This document shows, piece after piece, positions 26,569 through 36,211 of a DNA stretch of 64,000 bases (position 1 is its first letter; each line of letters begins with the position of its first letter). The notes beneath the pieces were generated by a model. That model saw only the letters and a list, made by a program, of their open reading frames with translations. It did not search any database and had not been told where the DNA came from. This DNA comes from Nanobdellota archaeon (GTDB taxonomy: Archaea > Nanobdellota > Nanobdellia > Pacearchaeales > GW2011-AR1), in the NCBI GenBank assembly GCA_038045765.1, contig JBBSXN010000003.1, positions 94,356-158,355 on the forward strand, written 5' to 3'. The translations under genes and the position numbers were made by a program.

Positions 26569-27750
26569 TCAGGCTTTCTTTCTTAATGACTTTCTGTTTA
26601 TGTATGCATAGCAGAATAGGATGAGAGTGATAACTGATATTACTGAATATGCATAGATATTTCCTATTTTATCTATCATGATACCGAAAAGGATTGGGCC
26701 TAGTATCGCTCCAATCGTACTGAATCCATTTAATGATCCATCTACTTCTCCAAGATGAGTTTTATCTGCTATTCTTGCTAGAATTCCTTTATTCACTAGA
26801 TAAAAGCATTCAAATATTAAACTCGTAAAGAATACTGCTAGTAATATTACATAATATTCTCGTGTGTATGCTAAAATGCTTACAAGAAAGATTATTGCTA
26901 TTAGTCCGAATAAATATAATTTCTCTTTGTATTTGTCAGCTATCTTTCCTGTAAAGTCTCCTAGGAGGTAAGGAAGAGTATAAACTAAAACAATTATTAT
27001 TGATTGAGTTATGCTTCCTCCGCGAGTGTAAGAAAGTATTGGTGCGAAAAAGAATATTGCTGAACTTATTATTCCAAATCCAAATGCAAGTACTGCGAGT
27101 ACTTTTAATCCAGGAGTGAAATTCTTTATATCTTCAAATGTTTCTTTGTATGCATTCTTTATTGAAAACTTTATTTTTTTATATTTTTCTTTCTCTTTTA
27201 TATTGCTGAATATGAGTAAAGCGAGGAAAGAAGTTGGAGCTATCATTAAGAAAAGCCAGTGCACTTCAACATATTTTACTAAAAACATTCCTATTAATAC
27301 TGCTGATACCCACCAAAAGTTTGTTATTAAGTCAAAATGTCCGAATACTCTGGACTCCTGGCTGTCTTTTACATGTTTTATAATATAAGTTTCTCTACTT
27401 GTTTGATCTAGGGAATAAGATAGACCGTTTAATGCCCTAGCTAGTATCAAGAATATTACCATGCTAGTTAGGCCGGCTAAGAAGTAGCCTAGACCTACGA
27501 ATATGTAGAGAATCATTGCCGAAAGAATTATTTTCTTTATTCTATAGTTATCTGCAAGATATCCTGCAATGGGAAGAAATAATAGAAACATAATGTTATA
27601 TACTGATGATAGAAGACCAGTTTCAAAGAAGCTATTAGTGAACTTAAGAAGAAATAAGGGTATTAATGCTTCTCCCAAACCCCACCCAAACCATCTTATT
27701 GCAGTACCTATTCTTAGTAATCTAACCCCAGGGTACTTTTCTCTTTTCAT
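26569..27750 (-). CDS. MFS-type transporter
   Basis: 393 aa with about 12 hydrophobic segments. The ADNYRIKK loop after TM2 resembles MFS motif A. Confidence 0.6.
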   Translation of the reverse strand: MKREKYPGVRLLRIGTAIRWFGWGLGEALIPLFLLKFTNSFFETGLLSSVYNIMFLLFLPIAGYLADNYRIKKIILSAMILYIFVGLGYFLAGLTSMVIFLILARALNGLSYSLDQTSRETYIIKHVKDSQESRVFGHFDLITNFWWVSAVLIGMFLVKYVEVHWLFLMIAPTSFLALLIFSNIKEKEKYKKIKFSIKNAYKETFEDIKNFTPGLKVLAVLAFGFGIISSAIFFFAPILSYTRGGSITQSIIIVLVYTLPYLLGDFTGKIADKYKEKLYLFGLIAIIFLVSILAYTREYYVILLAVFFTSLIFECFYLVNKGILARIADKTHLGEVDGSLNGFSTIGAILGPILFGIMIDKIGNIYAYSVISVITLILFCYAYINRKSLRKKA

Positions 27751-28015
27751 ATCTTTAGATTGAGTCTATTACTTAAAAATCTATATATGTTTGAGCTTTT
27801 TTAGGTTGGTTAAGTTAGATTTATATAGACCATTTGCTAATTATATTTATGGCAGCAACAGCACCTGGAGCAAGAAAGAAGAAATTAGAGTATAATGTAG
27901 ATGGTGCAGTTTATGATGATTTTATGAAGGCTTGTAGCAAAAAGGGATTTGCTCCACAGATAATTCTTGAACAGGCAATGAAAAAGTTCTCACAAACTGG
28001 CCAGATTTAATAGGG

Positions 28016-28714
28016 ATGATAGAGATAATAAGGTCAGAGCAAAGGGGAAAGAGTAAACTGGATTGGCTTGATAGTAAACATACATTTAGTTTTGGAAGAT
28101 ATAATAATCCTGAGAGAATTAACTTTGGTAAGTTAATTGTTTTTAATGATGATATTGTTAAGCCTGGAAAAGGTTTTGGAGCACATCCTCACGAAAATGC
28201 CGAAATAATCTCTTTAGTTTTAAAGGGAAAGTTAAAACATGAAGATAGTAAAGGAAATAAAGGAATTTTGAATGAAGGTGAATTGCAGAGAATTTCTGCT
28301 GGAAGTGGGGTGTGGCATTCTGAGTTTAATGCAAGTAATACTGAAGAAGTACATTTTTTACAAATATGGATAGAACCTAATAAATTAAATGTCTCTCCGA
28401 GTTATGAACAGAAGTCAATTAAAAATTTTGAGCATAATAAATTAAATTTAGTAGTTTCTGGAGAGGATAAGAAAGATATTATTCAGATAAATCAAGATGC
28501 ATCCATTTTTTTAGGTAAATTTGATGAAGGAAAGGAAATTGAATATAAAATTAAGAATAAGAGAAAAGTTTACCTTTTTGTTATTGGAGGAAAGTTAATA
28601 GTGAATGATAATTTTATTGAAATGGGAGATTCCGCACTTATTTCTGATATTTCTTTGTTGAATATCAGATTTAACTCTAATTCTGAGGTTATGTTGATTG
28701 AAGTAGGTAATTAA
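28016..28714 (+). CDS. pirin family protein
   Basis: GFGAHPHENAEIISLVLKGKLKHEDSKGN matches the pirin cupin metal site. Confidence 0.85.
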   Translation: MIEIIRSEQRGKSKLDWLDSKHTFSFGRYNNPERINFGKLIVFNDDIVKPGKGFGAHPHENAEIISLVLKGKLKHEDSKGNKGILNEGELQRISAGSGVWHSEFNASNTEEVHFLQIWIEPNKLNVSPSYEQKSIKNFEHNKLNLVVSGEDKKDIIQINQDASIFLGKFDEGKEIEYKIKNKRKVYLFVIGGKLIVNDNFIEMGDSALISDISLLNIRFNSNSEVMLIEVGN

Positions 28715-29019
28715 GAAGCGTATCTTTCTACAAATGTTCTTATTGTTGCTAAATGATCTTTTCCTATTGGAGAGGTTTCATAATCTTCTGGATAATAATC
28801 TTCTGAAGCAACATTTGTGAAAAGTCTCTCCTTACCATTTATTTTAACTTCTATTGTTGGACCATGATTACATCTTCCTAAACACTCAGTTGTTGTTATC
28901 TCTAATTCGTTTATTTTTCCTATGTCTGCTGGCTTAAGTTGTGATAACATGCTATACATTCTTCTACCATAATCGCAAGTATCGCAGACAGTTATGCTTA
29001 CTTTTTCTGGATTTTCCAT
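28711..29019 (-). CDS. thioredoxin-like [2Fe-2S] ferredoxin family protein
   Basis: VCDTCDYG and CLGRCNHGPTIEV provide the Cys ligand spacing of the thioredoxin-like ferredoxin family. Confidence 0.5.
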   Translation of the reverse strand: MENPEKVSITVCDTCDYGRRMYSMLSQLKPADIGKINELEITTTECLGRCNHGPTIEVKINGKERLFTNVASEDYYPEDYETSPIGKDHLATIRTFVERYAS

Positions 29020-29059
29020 AAAAAAGAGGTTAATTTTCCTTATTTAAATCTAATCTTCA

Positions 29060-29890
29060 TTAGAACATTGCTTCTATTTGGTCTGAGTAATCTGGGTTTT
29101 GAATTTTATTTCTTCTTTCTATTTCTTCTAGGCAGGCTTGTCTTTTACTGTTAAATAGGTCATTTATTTCACCAATAGGGTATTTTCTTATATCTGTTCC
29201 ATATTCTAATAGCTGGTCTGCTATTCTATTAAGTTCTAGTCTAAAATCATCTATATCTTCTAAACCAAAGGTATAATCTTTAGAGACCCCTAGTTTTAGA
29301 TAATGGAAACTTGTTTTTGAGGGAATTATGTTCTTCTTTTGATGTAATAATAGATTGTAAAATAATGCTTGGCGTTCAAAATTCTCATTTCTGCTTATGC
29401 TATTACTTGTTTTGTAATCTATAATTACTAATTTATCATCTTCTTTTTTTGTTGCTTGTAGATCTATAACTCCCTTTATGCCTATTTTCATCTTTTCATT
29501 TTCTTTCAAAGGAAAGGATATAATTTCTTCAGTAATATGATTATCATGAGCATCTACTACTTGAATTCCTTGCAACATAGCAGTTAGATATTCTATGGAA
29601 TTTAGAGAATTACCTCTTAGGTCTTTATGCATGTTAAGATTGTGAGTTTCCCATTTGTCTAATAAATGTAAACAAGCTTGGTCTTTATCTAAGTCTTTTT
29701 TTGCATATTTTTCAAGGCAGTCGTGGACAATTTTACCTGAAAGAGAATAGCAAACTGGAACTTTTGTATCATCTTCTACTTTCGCTATATATGTAAGATA
29801 AAATAAAAGTGGACTTTGATAAAATATGTTAAGACTAGATGGAGATAAATTAAATGAGATCTTATCTATGCCTTCTTTTTTCAAATCCAT
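29060..29890 (-). CDS. PD-(D/E)XK (RecB/Cas4-like) nuclease
   Basis: GVIDLQATKKEDDKLVIIDYKTS (D..DxK) and RQALFYNLL (QxxxY). Confidence 0.65.
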   Translation of the reverse strand: MDLKKEGIDKISFNLSPSSLNIFYQSPLLFYLTYIAKVEDDTKVPVCYSLSGKIVHDCLEKYAKKDLDKDQACLHLLDKWETHNLNMHKDLRGNSLNSIEYLTAMLQGIQVVDAHDNHITEEIISFPLKENEKMKIGIKGVIDLQATKKEDDKLVIIDYKTSNSISRNENFERQALFYNLLLHQKKNIIPSKTSFHYLKLGVSKDYTFGLEDIDDFRLELNRIADQLLEYGTDIRKYPIGEINDLFNSKRQACLEEIERRNKIQNPDYSDQIEAMF

Positions 29891-29913
29891 GGTTTTCTAT
29901 AAGATTTTAGGGC

Positions 29914-30792
29914 TTATAGATTTGTTCTTTCTTTGATCGTGGTTAAGTAAATTGGTTTAGGAGGGTGTTCTTTACAGAATTTTATGAATTCTTCTTTTAT
30001 CTCTTTTAATCCTTTAGGAATAAATTGAATATTTTCTATATCTTTTTTAATTTCTAGGAAGCAATTAGGGTTTTTCATAGCCTCTCTGCCAAGCATTACT
30101 CCCTTTATGTTTTTTCTATTTTCTGGAGAGATACTTTCAATTAATTTTTTCATGTCTTCATAATTTCTTATTCCGCCGTTAATTATAAGTGGAACTTTAT
30201 AAGAAGCTAATTCATTAAGTAAGGAATAATTATATACCTTTGAGGAAGATTCTTGAGCGTGTTTAAAGTGTACTGTTACATTTGTGAAATTTGAGTTTTC
30301 TTGTGCTATTTTTTCTAATTCTTTAAATAAAGTAAATATCTTTCTTTGTTTTACTTCGAATTCATTTAAACCTAACCTTACTTTTACACCTACTTTATAC
30401 TTATCTTGTTTGAGTAACTCTTTTATGATATTACTTACCTTGGTTGAACGTTTGATTAAAGCAGGGCCTTGTCCTATACTTATCAAGCCAGGAGAAGGAC
30501 AAGAACAATTTAGCTGAATTCCGTAAATATTGTCTTTTTCAGGATGTTTCTTAATTTCTTCTTCTAATTTCTTTAGGAAAGCATAGCATTCGGTTTCTTT
30601 TGATGTAGCTATTTGAATCCATTGTCGTTGTCCTTGAATAGAGAAAGTATCTACTTCATCCCAAGTATTACTTCTTTTTACTAAATTGGTTAAGCTTAAC
30701 ATTCCAGTGTATGAATCTGAAGCTCCTGTGTATATCCTTCTAAATGCCCAACAAGATACATTTTCTAAAGGCGCTAAGTGAAGTTCCATCAT
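29914..30792 (-). CDS. tRNA-dihydrouridine synthase-like flavoprotein
   Basis: LAPLENVSCWAFRRI, IQLNCSCPSP and the overall TIM-barrel-like layout resemble the Dus family. Confidence 0.6.
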   Translation of the reverse strand: MMELHLAPLENVSCWAFRRIYTGASDSYTGMLSLTNLVKRSNTWDEVDTFSIQGQRQWIQIATSKETECYAFLKKLEEEIKKHPEKDNIYGIQLNCSCPSPGLISIGQGPALIKRSTKVSNIIKELLKQDKYKVGVKVRLGLNEFEVKQRKIFTLFKELEKIAQENSNFTNVTVHFKHAQESSSKVYNYSLLNELASYKVPLIINGGIRNYEDMKKLIESISPENRKNIKGVMLGREAMKNPNCFLEIKKDIENIQFIPKGLKEIKEEFIKFCKEHPPKPIYLTTIKERTNL

Positions 30793-30853
30793 TAACTGAG
30801 AAAATAAGCATTATTTAAGCTTCTCTTTTACAGTTTTATGTGAAATTATTATG

Positions 30854-30968
30854 TCAAGATTCTTGACAGAAAACCATGCACTTTAGTGCATGGTGAATCT
30901 TGAGCATCCAAAAAACGAGTGCTATCAAACCATGTCCTAAAGGACATGGTGCACATCGTTTTTTTGAT
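30854..30968. repeat. two tandem stem-enclosed hairpin modules (candidate structured RNA or twin operators)
   Basis: Module 1: outer stem TCAAGATTC/GAATCTTGA enclosing the hairpin ACCATGCAC-TTTA-GTGCATGGT. Module 2: outer stem ATCCAAAAAACGA/TCGTTTTTTTGAT (12 of 13 pairs) enclosing ACCATGTCC-TAAA-GGACATGGT. Confidence 0.6.
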
Positions 30969-31005
30969 CCGTAAGGATTTTAAGCAGGTCTAACTTGTTT
31001 TATTA

Positions 31006-31587
31006 ATGAAAAAAGAGGTTAGAGGTAAATTATTACTTTTAGGAATACTATCATTAATCTCTTTATTATTTACAGTTATTATTTATTATTCTGGGTTTGA
31101 TAAACCAGTAGAGAATTATTTTCATTATGAAAATGAAGGATTTTTTAATTTAATTATGAATTATATTACTTTACTTGGAGGAAGAGAGGGAATAATGGTT
31201 ATTTCTTTATTTATTGTTAGTTTTCTTTTAATTAAGAAGATGTATAATTACATTTTATTCTATTTAGTGAGTGTTGCTGGTGCGACACTTTTCAATTATG
31301 AATTGAAGAATTTATTCCAGAGAGTAAGACCTGAAGTTTATGGAAGTGAATTTGCTTTTCCGAGTGGACATACAATGGCTTCTACTGTTGCTTTTGGAGC
31401 TTTAGCTTTATTGTTATGGCCTAAAAATAAAAAATTAGCTATTGGTTTACTTGTATTTCCATTATTAATCGGATTTAGCAGAATTTACTTAGATGTGCAT
31501 TGGTTGAGTGATATATTTGGAGGATTTTTCTTTGCAACTCTCTGGTTAGCTATCACATTTTATCTTTTCTATGGGTGGAAAAAGTGA
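31006..31587 (+). CDS. PAP2 family lipid phosphatase
   Basis: KNLFQRVRP, PSGH and SRIYLDVHWLSD form the tripartite PAP2 motif. Confidence 0.85.
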   Translation: MKKEVRGKLLLLGILSLISLLFTVIIYYSGFDKPVENYFHYENEGFFNLIMNYITLLGGREGIMVISLFIVSFLLIKKMYNYILFYLVSVAGATLFNYELKNLFQRVRPEVYGSEFAFPSGHTMASTVAFGALALLLWPKNKKLAIGLLVFPLLIGFSRIYLDVHWLSDIFGGFFFATLWLAITFYLFYGWKK

Positions 31588-32630
31588 AGAAATCTGTTAA
31601 AATTCCCATTGGTTCTTTTAGAATTGGTAAAGACTTGAAAAGTTACGAGTTAACTAAAAATGGTTGGAAGAAATCAGGAAAGGAATTTCCTGAAGCAGTT
31701 CACGCTGTTAAACTGTTTAAAGCGAATGGAAGACTCTCTGAATTGATTGATAAGAATGAGAAGAGATTTTTGAAGGGTTATATGTCTAATGGAGAGATAA
31801 AAGGTGCAAGGTTGAATATGTTGCCAAATGGCGATAAATTGGATAAGGCTTACTCTCTTTTTGCTGAAAACCTGGCAATTCATGATGAAAAGTCTCATGA
31901 TCACTGGGATGTTATTTATAAAAATCCTAATGGAGAGTATGCTTATGTTTATACTCTTAAGAAAGATATAAGTTCAAAAAATGAGAAATATAGAAAAGTT
32001 AAGGAATTTGAGAAGATATTTCCTAAGCTGAAAAAGAATGTATCTTTGGCTTTGAATAAGCATGAACCCATGGCTTTACCTATGCTTACTTTACTTAATA
32101 CTCATATCAGGATAGGCAATGAGATTTATTATAAGTTGCATAAGCATAAAGGCCTTTCTACTTTAATGAAAAAGGATGTCAATATTAAGAAAGATAATGT
32201 AATTTTTCATTATCTTGGTAAGGATGGAGTTCCTATTGATATAAATAAGGAATTTCCTGAAGGGTATATATCTCAATTAAAACATTTACTTAGTAAAATA
32301 GGTAATAATGATTTTATATTTAAAAATTCTAATGGGAATTTATTGAAAGAAAGTGATTTTAAAGGTGCTTTCAAGAAGTATTGTGGAGAAGAGTTTTATC
32401 CACATATTGTTAGGTCTTATATCGCTACGGAAAAAGCAAAAGAATTTCTAAATAAACATAAATCTGCTAAGAAAGAGGAAGTAAAAGACCTTTTTAATTC
32501 GATTGCATCAGAACTAGGACATAAGAAGTTTGATAAAAAGAGTGGGGAATGGAAAGATAGCTATAATGTTACAATTCATCATTATATTGAACCAAGTTTA
32601 GTTGAAAAGATTCAAAATTTAGTTAATTGA
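31575..32630 (+). CDS. DNA topoisomerase IB (small viral/bacterial type)
   Basis: THIRIGNEIYYK, KGLSTL, FHYLGKDGVP, PHIVRSYIAT, ELGHK and the catalytic-Tyr context HHYIEP follow the TopIB R-K-R-H-Y order. Confidence 0.6.
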   Translation: MEKVKKSVKIPIGSFRIGKDLKSYELTKNGWKKSGKEFPEAVHAVKLFKANGRLSELIDKNEKRFLKGYMSNGEIKGARLNMLPNGDKLDKAYSLFAENLAIHDEKSHDHWDVIYKNPNGEYAYVYTLKKDISSKNEKYRKVKEFEKIFPKLKKNVSLALNKHEPMALPMLTLLNTHIRIGNEIYYKLHKHKGLSTLMKKDVNIKKDNVIFHYLGKDGVPIDINKEFPEGYISQLKHLLSKIGNNDFIFKNSNGNLLKESDFKGAFKKYCGEEFYPHIVRSYIATEKAKEFLNKHKSAKKEEVKDLFNSIASELGHKKFDKKSGEWKDSYNVTIHHYIEPSLVEKIQNLVN

Positions 32631-32639
32631 TGGAATAAT

Positions 32640-32930
32640 TTATCTTCCATTTACATACATAACTGCAGTTACATAGAATGGACTCTCAGTTTCTTTAACG
32701 CCTCTGAAAACTTTAGGTTTGCCTTCTAAAACATAGCCTTCAGCGTTTATATCGTGCTTTCTTGCATGTTCTTCGGCTGCAATCATCATTTCTTTATACG
32801 GGGTAGGGTCATCTTCGAATCTTACTGCTGGTATCTTAGCCATATCAACTTTTCTGATTAAGGTTGCTGGTTTTCCAACTATGGAAAAAGCACTAGGACT
32901 AGCTGTAAATCTTGAAGTTAAATCTTTCAT
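32640..32930 (-). CDS. hypothetical protein
   Basis: 96-aa ORF. No motif recognised. Confidence 0.4.
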   Translation of the reverse strand: MKDLTSRFTASPSAFSIVGKPATLIRKVDMAKIPAVRFEDDPTPYKEMMIAAEEHARKHDINAEGYVLEGKPKVFRGVKETESPFYVTAVMYVNGR

Positions 32931-33001
32931 ATAAAATTCTTCTTAAGAGGGCTTATAAATCTAACTCTTATTAGATTTATAATTGGTAATTGAGAGATAT
33001 A

Positions 33002-33889
33002 TTACTTGCCATCATAAGCTTTCTGAAGTTCTTTAACATCTAGCTTGACCATTTTAAGCATTGCTTGCATTACTCTTCCCGATTTATCTTTACTCATCAA
33101 TTCATTCAATTGTTGCGGAACAATTTGCCAGGATACTCCGAACTTGTCTTTTAACCAGCCACATTGTACTTTCTTTCCACCCTTAGATAAGGCTTCCCAG
33201 AAGTAATCTACTTCTTCTTGGTCTTTACAGTCCACTAAGAATGAAATAGAATCATTGAATGAGAATTTATGATTTCCAAGGCCATCCATTGCTGTGAATC
33301 TCTGATTTTCTAAAAGGAAAGATGAATATTTTATAGTTCCAGGCTTTCCATTCGGTTCTCCTTTTTTATATTTCTCCATAACATCTATCTTTGAATTTTT
33401 GAATATCTTTGTGTATAATTTCATTGCTTCTTCAGCATTGCCGAAATTATCGCCTACAAATAAAAGAGAAGGTACTATTTTGCTTTCTTTTGCATTTTCT
33501 GTATACATTAATTGCCAGGATACTCCGAATCTATCTTGTATGAATGCATATCTCGCGCTGAATGGATATTTATCAAGCGCCATCATTACTAATCCCTTTT
33601 CAGATAATTTAGAGTAATACTTATCTACTTCCTCTGCAGTTTTGCAATGAACCATAAATGAAACTGCTGGATTTAATTTATCATGCACACCTGCCCTCAT
33701 TAAACTGAAACCTAAACCCATTAACTCAATATCAATTATATCTATTTTTCCCCCTGGAGTGTCTGATGGTGTATTATTGAATGATGATTGGCTCTTTATC
33801 TTTGACCTTGGGAATGTGGAAGTGTATAATTTTGCTGCTTCACGGGCTTCTTTTTCATACCAAATGAATGGTGTTATTTTCTGAGTCAT
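33002..33889 (-). CDS. VOC-superfamily protein with two PhnB-like (3-demethylubiquinone-9 3-methyltransferase-type) domains
   Basis: N-terminus QKITPFIWYEKEAREAAKLYTSTF, plus the duplicated FGVSWQLM / FGVSWQIVP. Confidence 0.75.
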   Translation of the reverse strand: MTQKITPFIWYEKEAREAAKLYTSTFPRSKIKSQSSFNNTPSDTPGGKIDIIDIELMGLGFSLMRAGVHDKLNPAVSFMVHCKTAEEVDKYYSKLSEKGLVMMALDKYPFSARYAFIQDRFGVSWQLMYTENAKESKIVPSLLFVGDNFGNAEEAMKLYTKIFKNSKIDVMEKYKKGEPNGKPGTIKYSSFLLENQRFTAMDGLGNHKFSFNDSISFLVDCKDQEEVDYFWEALSKGGKKVQCGWLKDKFGVSWQIVPQQLNELMSKDKSGRVMQAMLKMVKLDVKELQKAYDGK

Positions 33890-33952
33890 ATTACTTCAAG
33901 GGTTTTATATTATTTAAATGTGCGGGAGATATCTTGATGATTTGAAATTTAT

Positions 33953-34108
33953 TTATTCGTCATCCAAATCTTCAAACTTGATTTTCCACTGATTATCCCA
34001 CATCTTCTTCCTCTTTTTACTGCATTTATCACAGTATTTTCTTACAAATCTTGCTTTTGGCTTGACTTCAAATTCTTTCTTACATTCAAGGCACTTTTTC
34101 ATTTTCAT
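33953..34108 (-). CDS. 51-aa zinc-ribbon protein (below ORF-track cutoff)
   Basis: Hand-translated as MKMKKCLECKKEFEVKPKARFVRKYCDKCSKKRKKMWDNQWKIKFEDLDDE (CxxC..CxxC). Directly downstream of the Fic gene. Confidence 0.4.
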   Translation of the reverse strand: MKMKKCLECKKEFEVKPKARFVRKYCDKCSKKRKKMWDNQWKIKFEDLDDE

Positions 34109-34159
34109 AAAATGTTGACGGAAAGTTTGGTTAAATAGTTTTGCTTTGCCCGGATTAGT

Positions 34160-35020
34160 TTATTGTTTGAGGTATCTCTTTTTGTGAACCATTATGTATC
34201 TTCTTGTGAAATAGGATGTAAAACCTTCTTCATCTTTCTGTAATGCTTTGTAGTATGACTTTCTCCTTTTGTATTCTATTATTATCATGGGGTATCCTGC
34301 ATGCCAAAGTATATGATTCATAAGCAAACGGCCTATTCTGCCATTTCCATCTCCGAATGGATGCACTTTCTCAAATTTATAATGCGCTCTTGCAGAAAGT
34401 TCAACAGGATTTATCTTTTTGTTATTTTTCATAAATTCAATGAGCTGTTTCATCATCTCATTAACTTCTTGCCAGTCAGGAGCAAGATAAGGACCTACTC
34501 GCACTATATAATCTCTAAATTTTCCAGATATATCTGATTTGGTTGACTCAAAAATTCTTTTATGCCAATCTAATAAAATTTCATTAGTTATTTCTTCTTT
34601 TTTATTAAGCATTTCAAGAAATACTTGGCTATGGTACTCTGTTTCTTTTACATCTCTTAATGGCTTATTTGGAGAGACTTTATCATGTATAATCTCTCTC
34701 GCTTCCTCTAAGGTAATAGTTGAGCCTTCAATAGCGTTTGTGTTATATGTAAATGCTACAGATATTTCTTCCAGTTCTTTTTTTCTCGCACTTTCAGGTA
34801 TTCTTTTCCATTCTGACTGGAAATTATCTTTTATTAATTCTAGCTTTTTGTTCAAGTCACTTTTTATTTCTTTCATGAAGTTTTTCTTTATTTCTTCAAT
34901 ATCTTTAGGTATCTCAGAACCCAAATACTTTTCTTTTGTTATTACTTTATTTCCTTTTCTAAATGAATGTTGCAAGTAATAATAGTTTTTTAGGCCTTTT
35001 TTTCTTTGAATTATTCTCAT
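34160..35020 (-). CDS. Fic family protein (AMPylase-type)
   Basis: HPFGDGNGRIGRLLMN is the Fic active-site motif. The N-terminal TNAIEG fits the [S/T]xxxE[G/N] inhibitory-helix motif. Confidence 0.9.
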   Translation of the reverse strand: MRIIQRKKGLKNYYYLQHSFRKGNKVITKEKYLGSEIPKDIEEIKKNFMKEIKSDLNKKLELIKDNFQSEWKRIPESARKKELEEISVAFTYNTNAIEGSTITLEEAREIIHDKVSPNKPLRDVKETEYHSQVFLEMLNKKEEITNEILLDWHKRIFESTKSDISGKFRDYIVRVGPYLAPDWQEVNEMMKQLIEFMKNNKKINPVELSARAHYKFEKVHPFGDGNGRIGRLLMNHILWHAGYPMIIIEYKRRKSYYKALQKDEEGFTSYFTRRYIMVHKKRYLKQ

Positions 35021-35096
35021 AACTATTTGTACATTACAAAGTATTTAAATATTGCTAATTATCACTAAATGTAATGGTAATCTTGGGCATAAAGGA

Positions 35097-35387
35097 TTAA
35101 AAAGTGAATTCAGGCATAAAAGAGTCTAAATCTCTAATTACTTTACCTTCTCCAGGATTAGTGTCTTGGTACATAACTGGTATTTGATAACTTGCTTGAA
35201 ATTCACGAGCTTCTTTTTTTACTAAATTGAAAGCTGATTCCAGTCCTTCTTTTCCATTTTTATCTGCTATGGCTGTGTAAAGGTTTATAGTTTTAGCTCC
35301 TTCTGACCTAAGCTGAAGATAAAAGCCTCTTGGCTTATTTGGCAGTCTGGCGTCTCCGCCTTCTTTGATGAATAGTTTCATTCCCAT
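35097..35387 (-). CDS. hypothetical protein
   Basis: 96-aa ORF. No motif recognised. Confidence 0.4.
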   Translation of the reverse strand: MGMKLFIKEGGDARLPNKPRGFYLQLRSEGAKTINLYTAIADKNGKEGLESAFNLVKKEAREFQASYQIPVMYQDTNPGEGKVIRDLDSFMPEFTF

Positions 35388-35440
35388 AAAAATTAGGATT
35401 AAAATGAGTATTTAAGAGTTTAGTTTAGAACAATTATTTT

Positions 35441-36211
35441 TCAGGAGTTTACTGCTTTAGTCATACTTGAGCAGAGTTGTGCTATTGAATCTTGCATGGC
35501 TTGAGGGTTGTTTAGATTTTTTTCTATTAAGTTGCATAATGCTGAACCACAAATTGCTCCATCTGCTCCATAACTAATTACTTTCTTTGCATGTTCCGGT
35601 GTTGAAATACCGAATCCAACATAAACTGGAATTGGAAAATATTTCTTTGTCTGTTTAATAAGGTCTTGTAATGTCTGTTCTAGATTTGTTCTTACTCCTG
35701 TTGTTCCTAAAAGAGAGACTAGGTAAACATACCCTCTGTATAATTCCGATAGTTTTTTCATTCTTTCTTGAGAAGTTGTTAGAGATACTATGCATATTTG
35801 TTCAACATTATGTTCTTTTGCACTTTTCATGAATATTTCTGATTCTTCAAGAGGAATATCGGGGCATAAAACTGCTTCTATTGAAATTTCTTTACATTTT
35901 TTATAAAATTTGTCTAATCCATACTGAAGAGCAATATTTGCACTCACCAAAAGACTTATTGGAATGTTTGAGTATTTTCTTATTTCTTTTAAAATTTCAA
36001 AGCTCTTTTCAGTAGTTATGCCGTTTGCTAATGCCCTATTATTTGCTTTCTGAACTGTTGGACCGTCTGCAATTGGATCACTGAAAGCAAAACCAAGTTC
36101 CAATGCTCCTGCTCCATTATCAATTAATGTTTTAATTAATTTTAATGATGTATCGTAATCTGGATCTCCTAAGACAAGAAAAGGAACAAATACTTTATTC
36201 TTAAATTTCAT
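35441..36211 (-). CDS. trpA: tryptophan synthase alpha chain
   Basis: LELGFAFSDPIADGPTVQ and GFGISTPEH. Overlaps trpB by 11 nt. Confidence 0.92.
   Translation of the reverse strand: MKFKNKVFVPFLVLGDPDYDTSLKLIKTLIDNGAGALELGFAFSDPIADGPTVQKANNRALANGITTEKSFEILKEIRKYSNIPISLLVSANIALQYGLDKFYKKCKEISIEAVLCPDIPLEESEIFMKSAKEHNVEQICIVSLTTSQERMKKLSELYRGYVYLVSLLGTTGVRTNLEQTLQDLIKQTKKYFPIPVYVGFGISTPEHAKKVISYGADGAICGSALCNLIEKNLNNPQAMQDSIAQLCSSMTKAVNS

Noticed and set aside
27849-28011. Small RHH-like ORF MAAATAPGARKKKLEYNVDGAVYDDFMKACSKKGFAPQ..., which would continue as ..ILEQAMKKFSQTGQI after a 1-nt frameshift near 27960.
   Set aside because: As written the frame stops after 41 codons (27969-27971). The continuation needs an A deletion in CAGAATAATT. 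I cannot tell a pseudogene from a sequencing error or a chance ORF, so it is not called.
34301-34979. Plus-strand ORFs 34301..34537 and 34539..34979.
   Set aside because: They are antisense to the Fic gene, whose catalytic motif is unambiguous. Their composition looks spurious.
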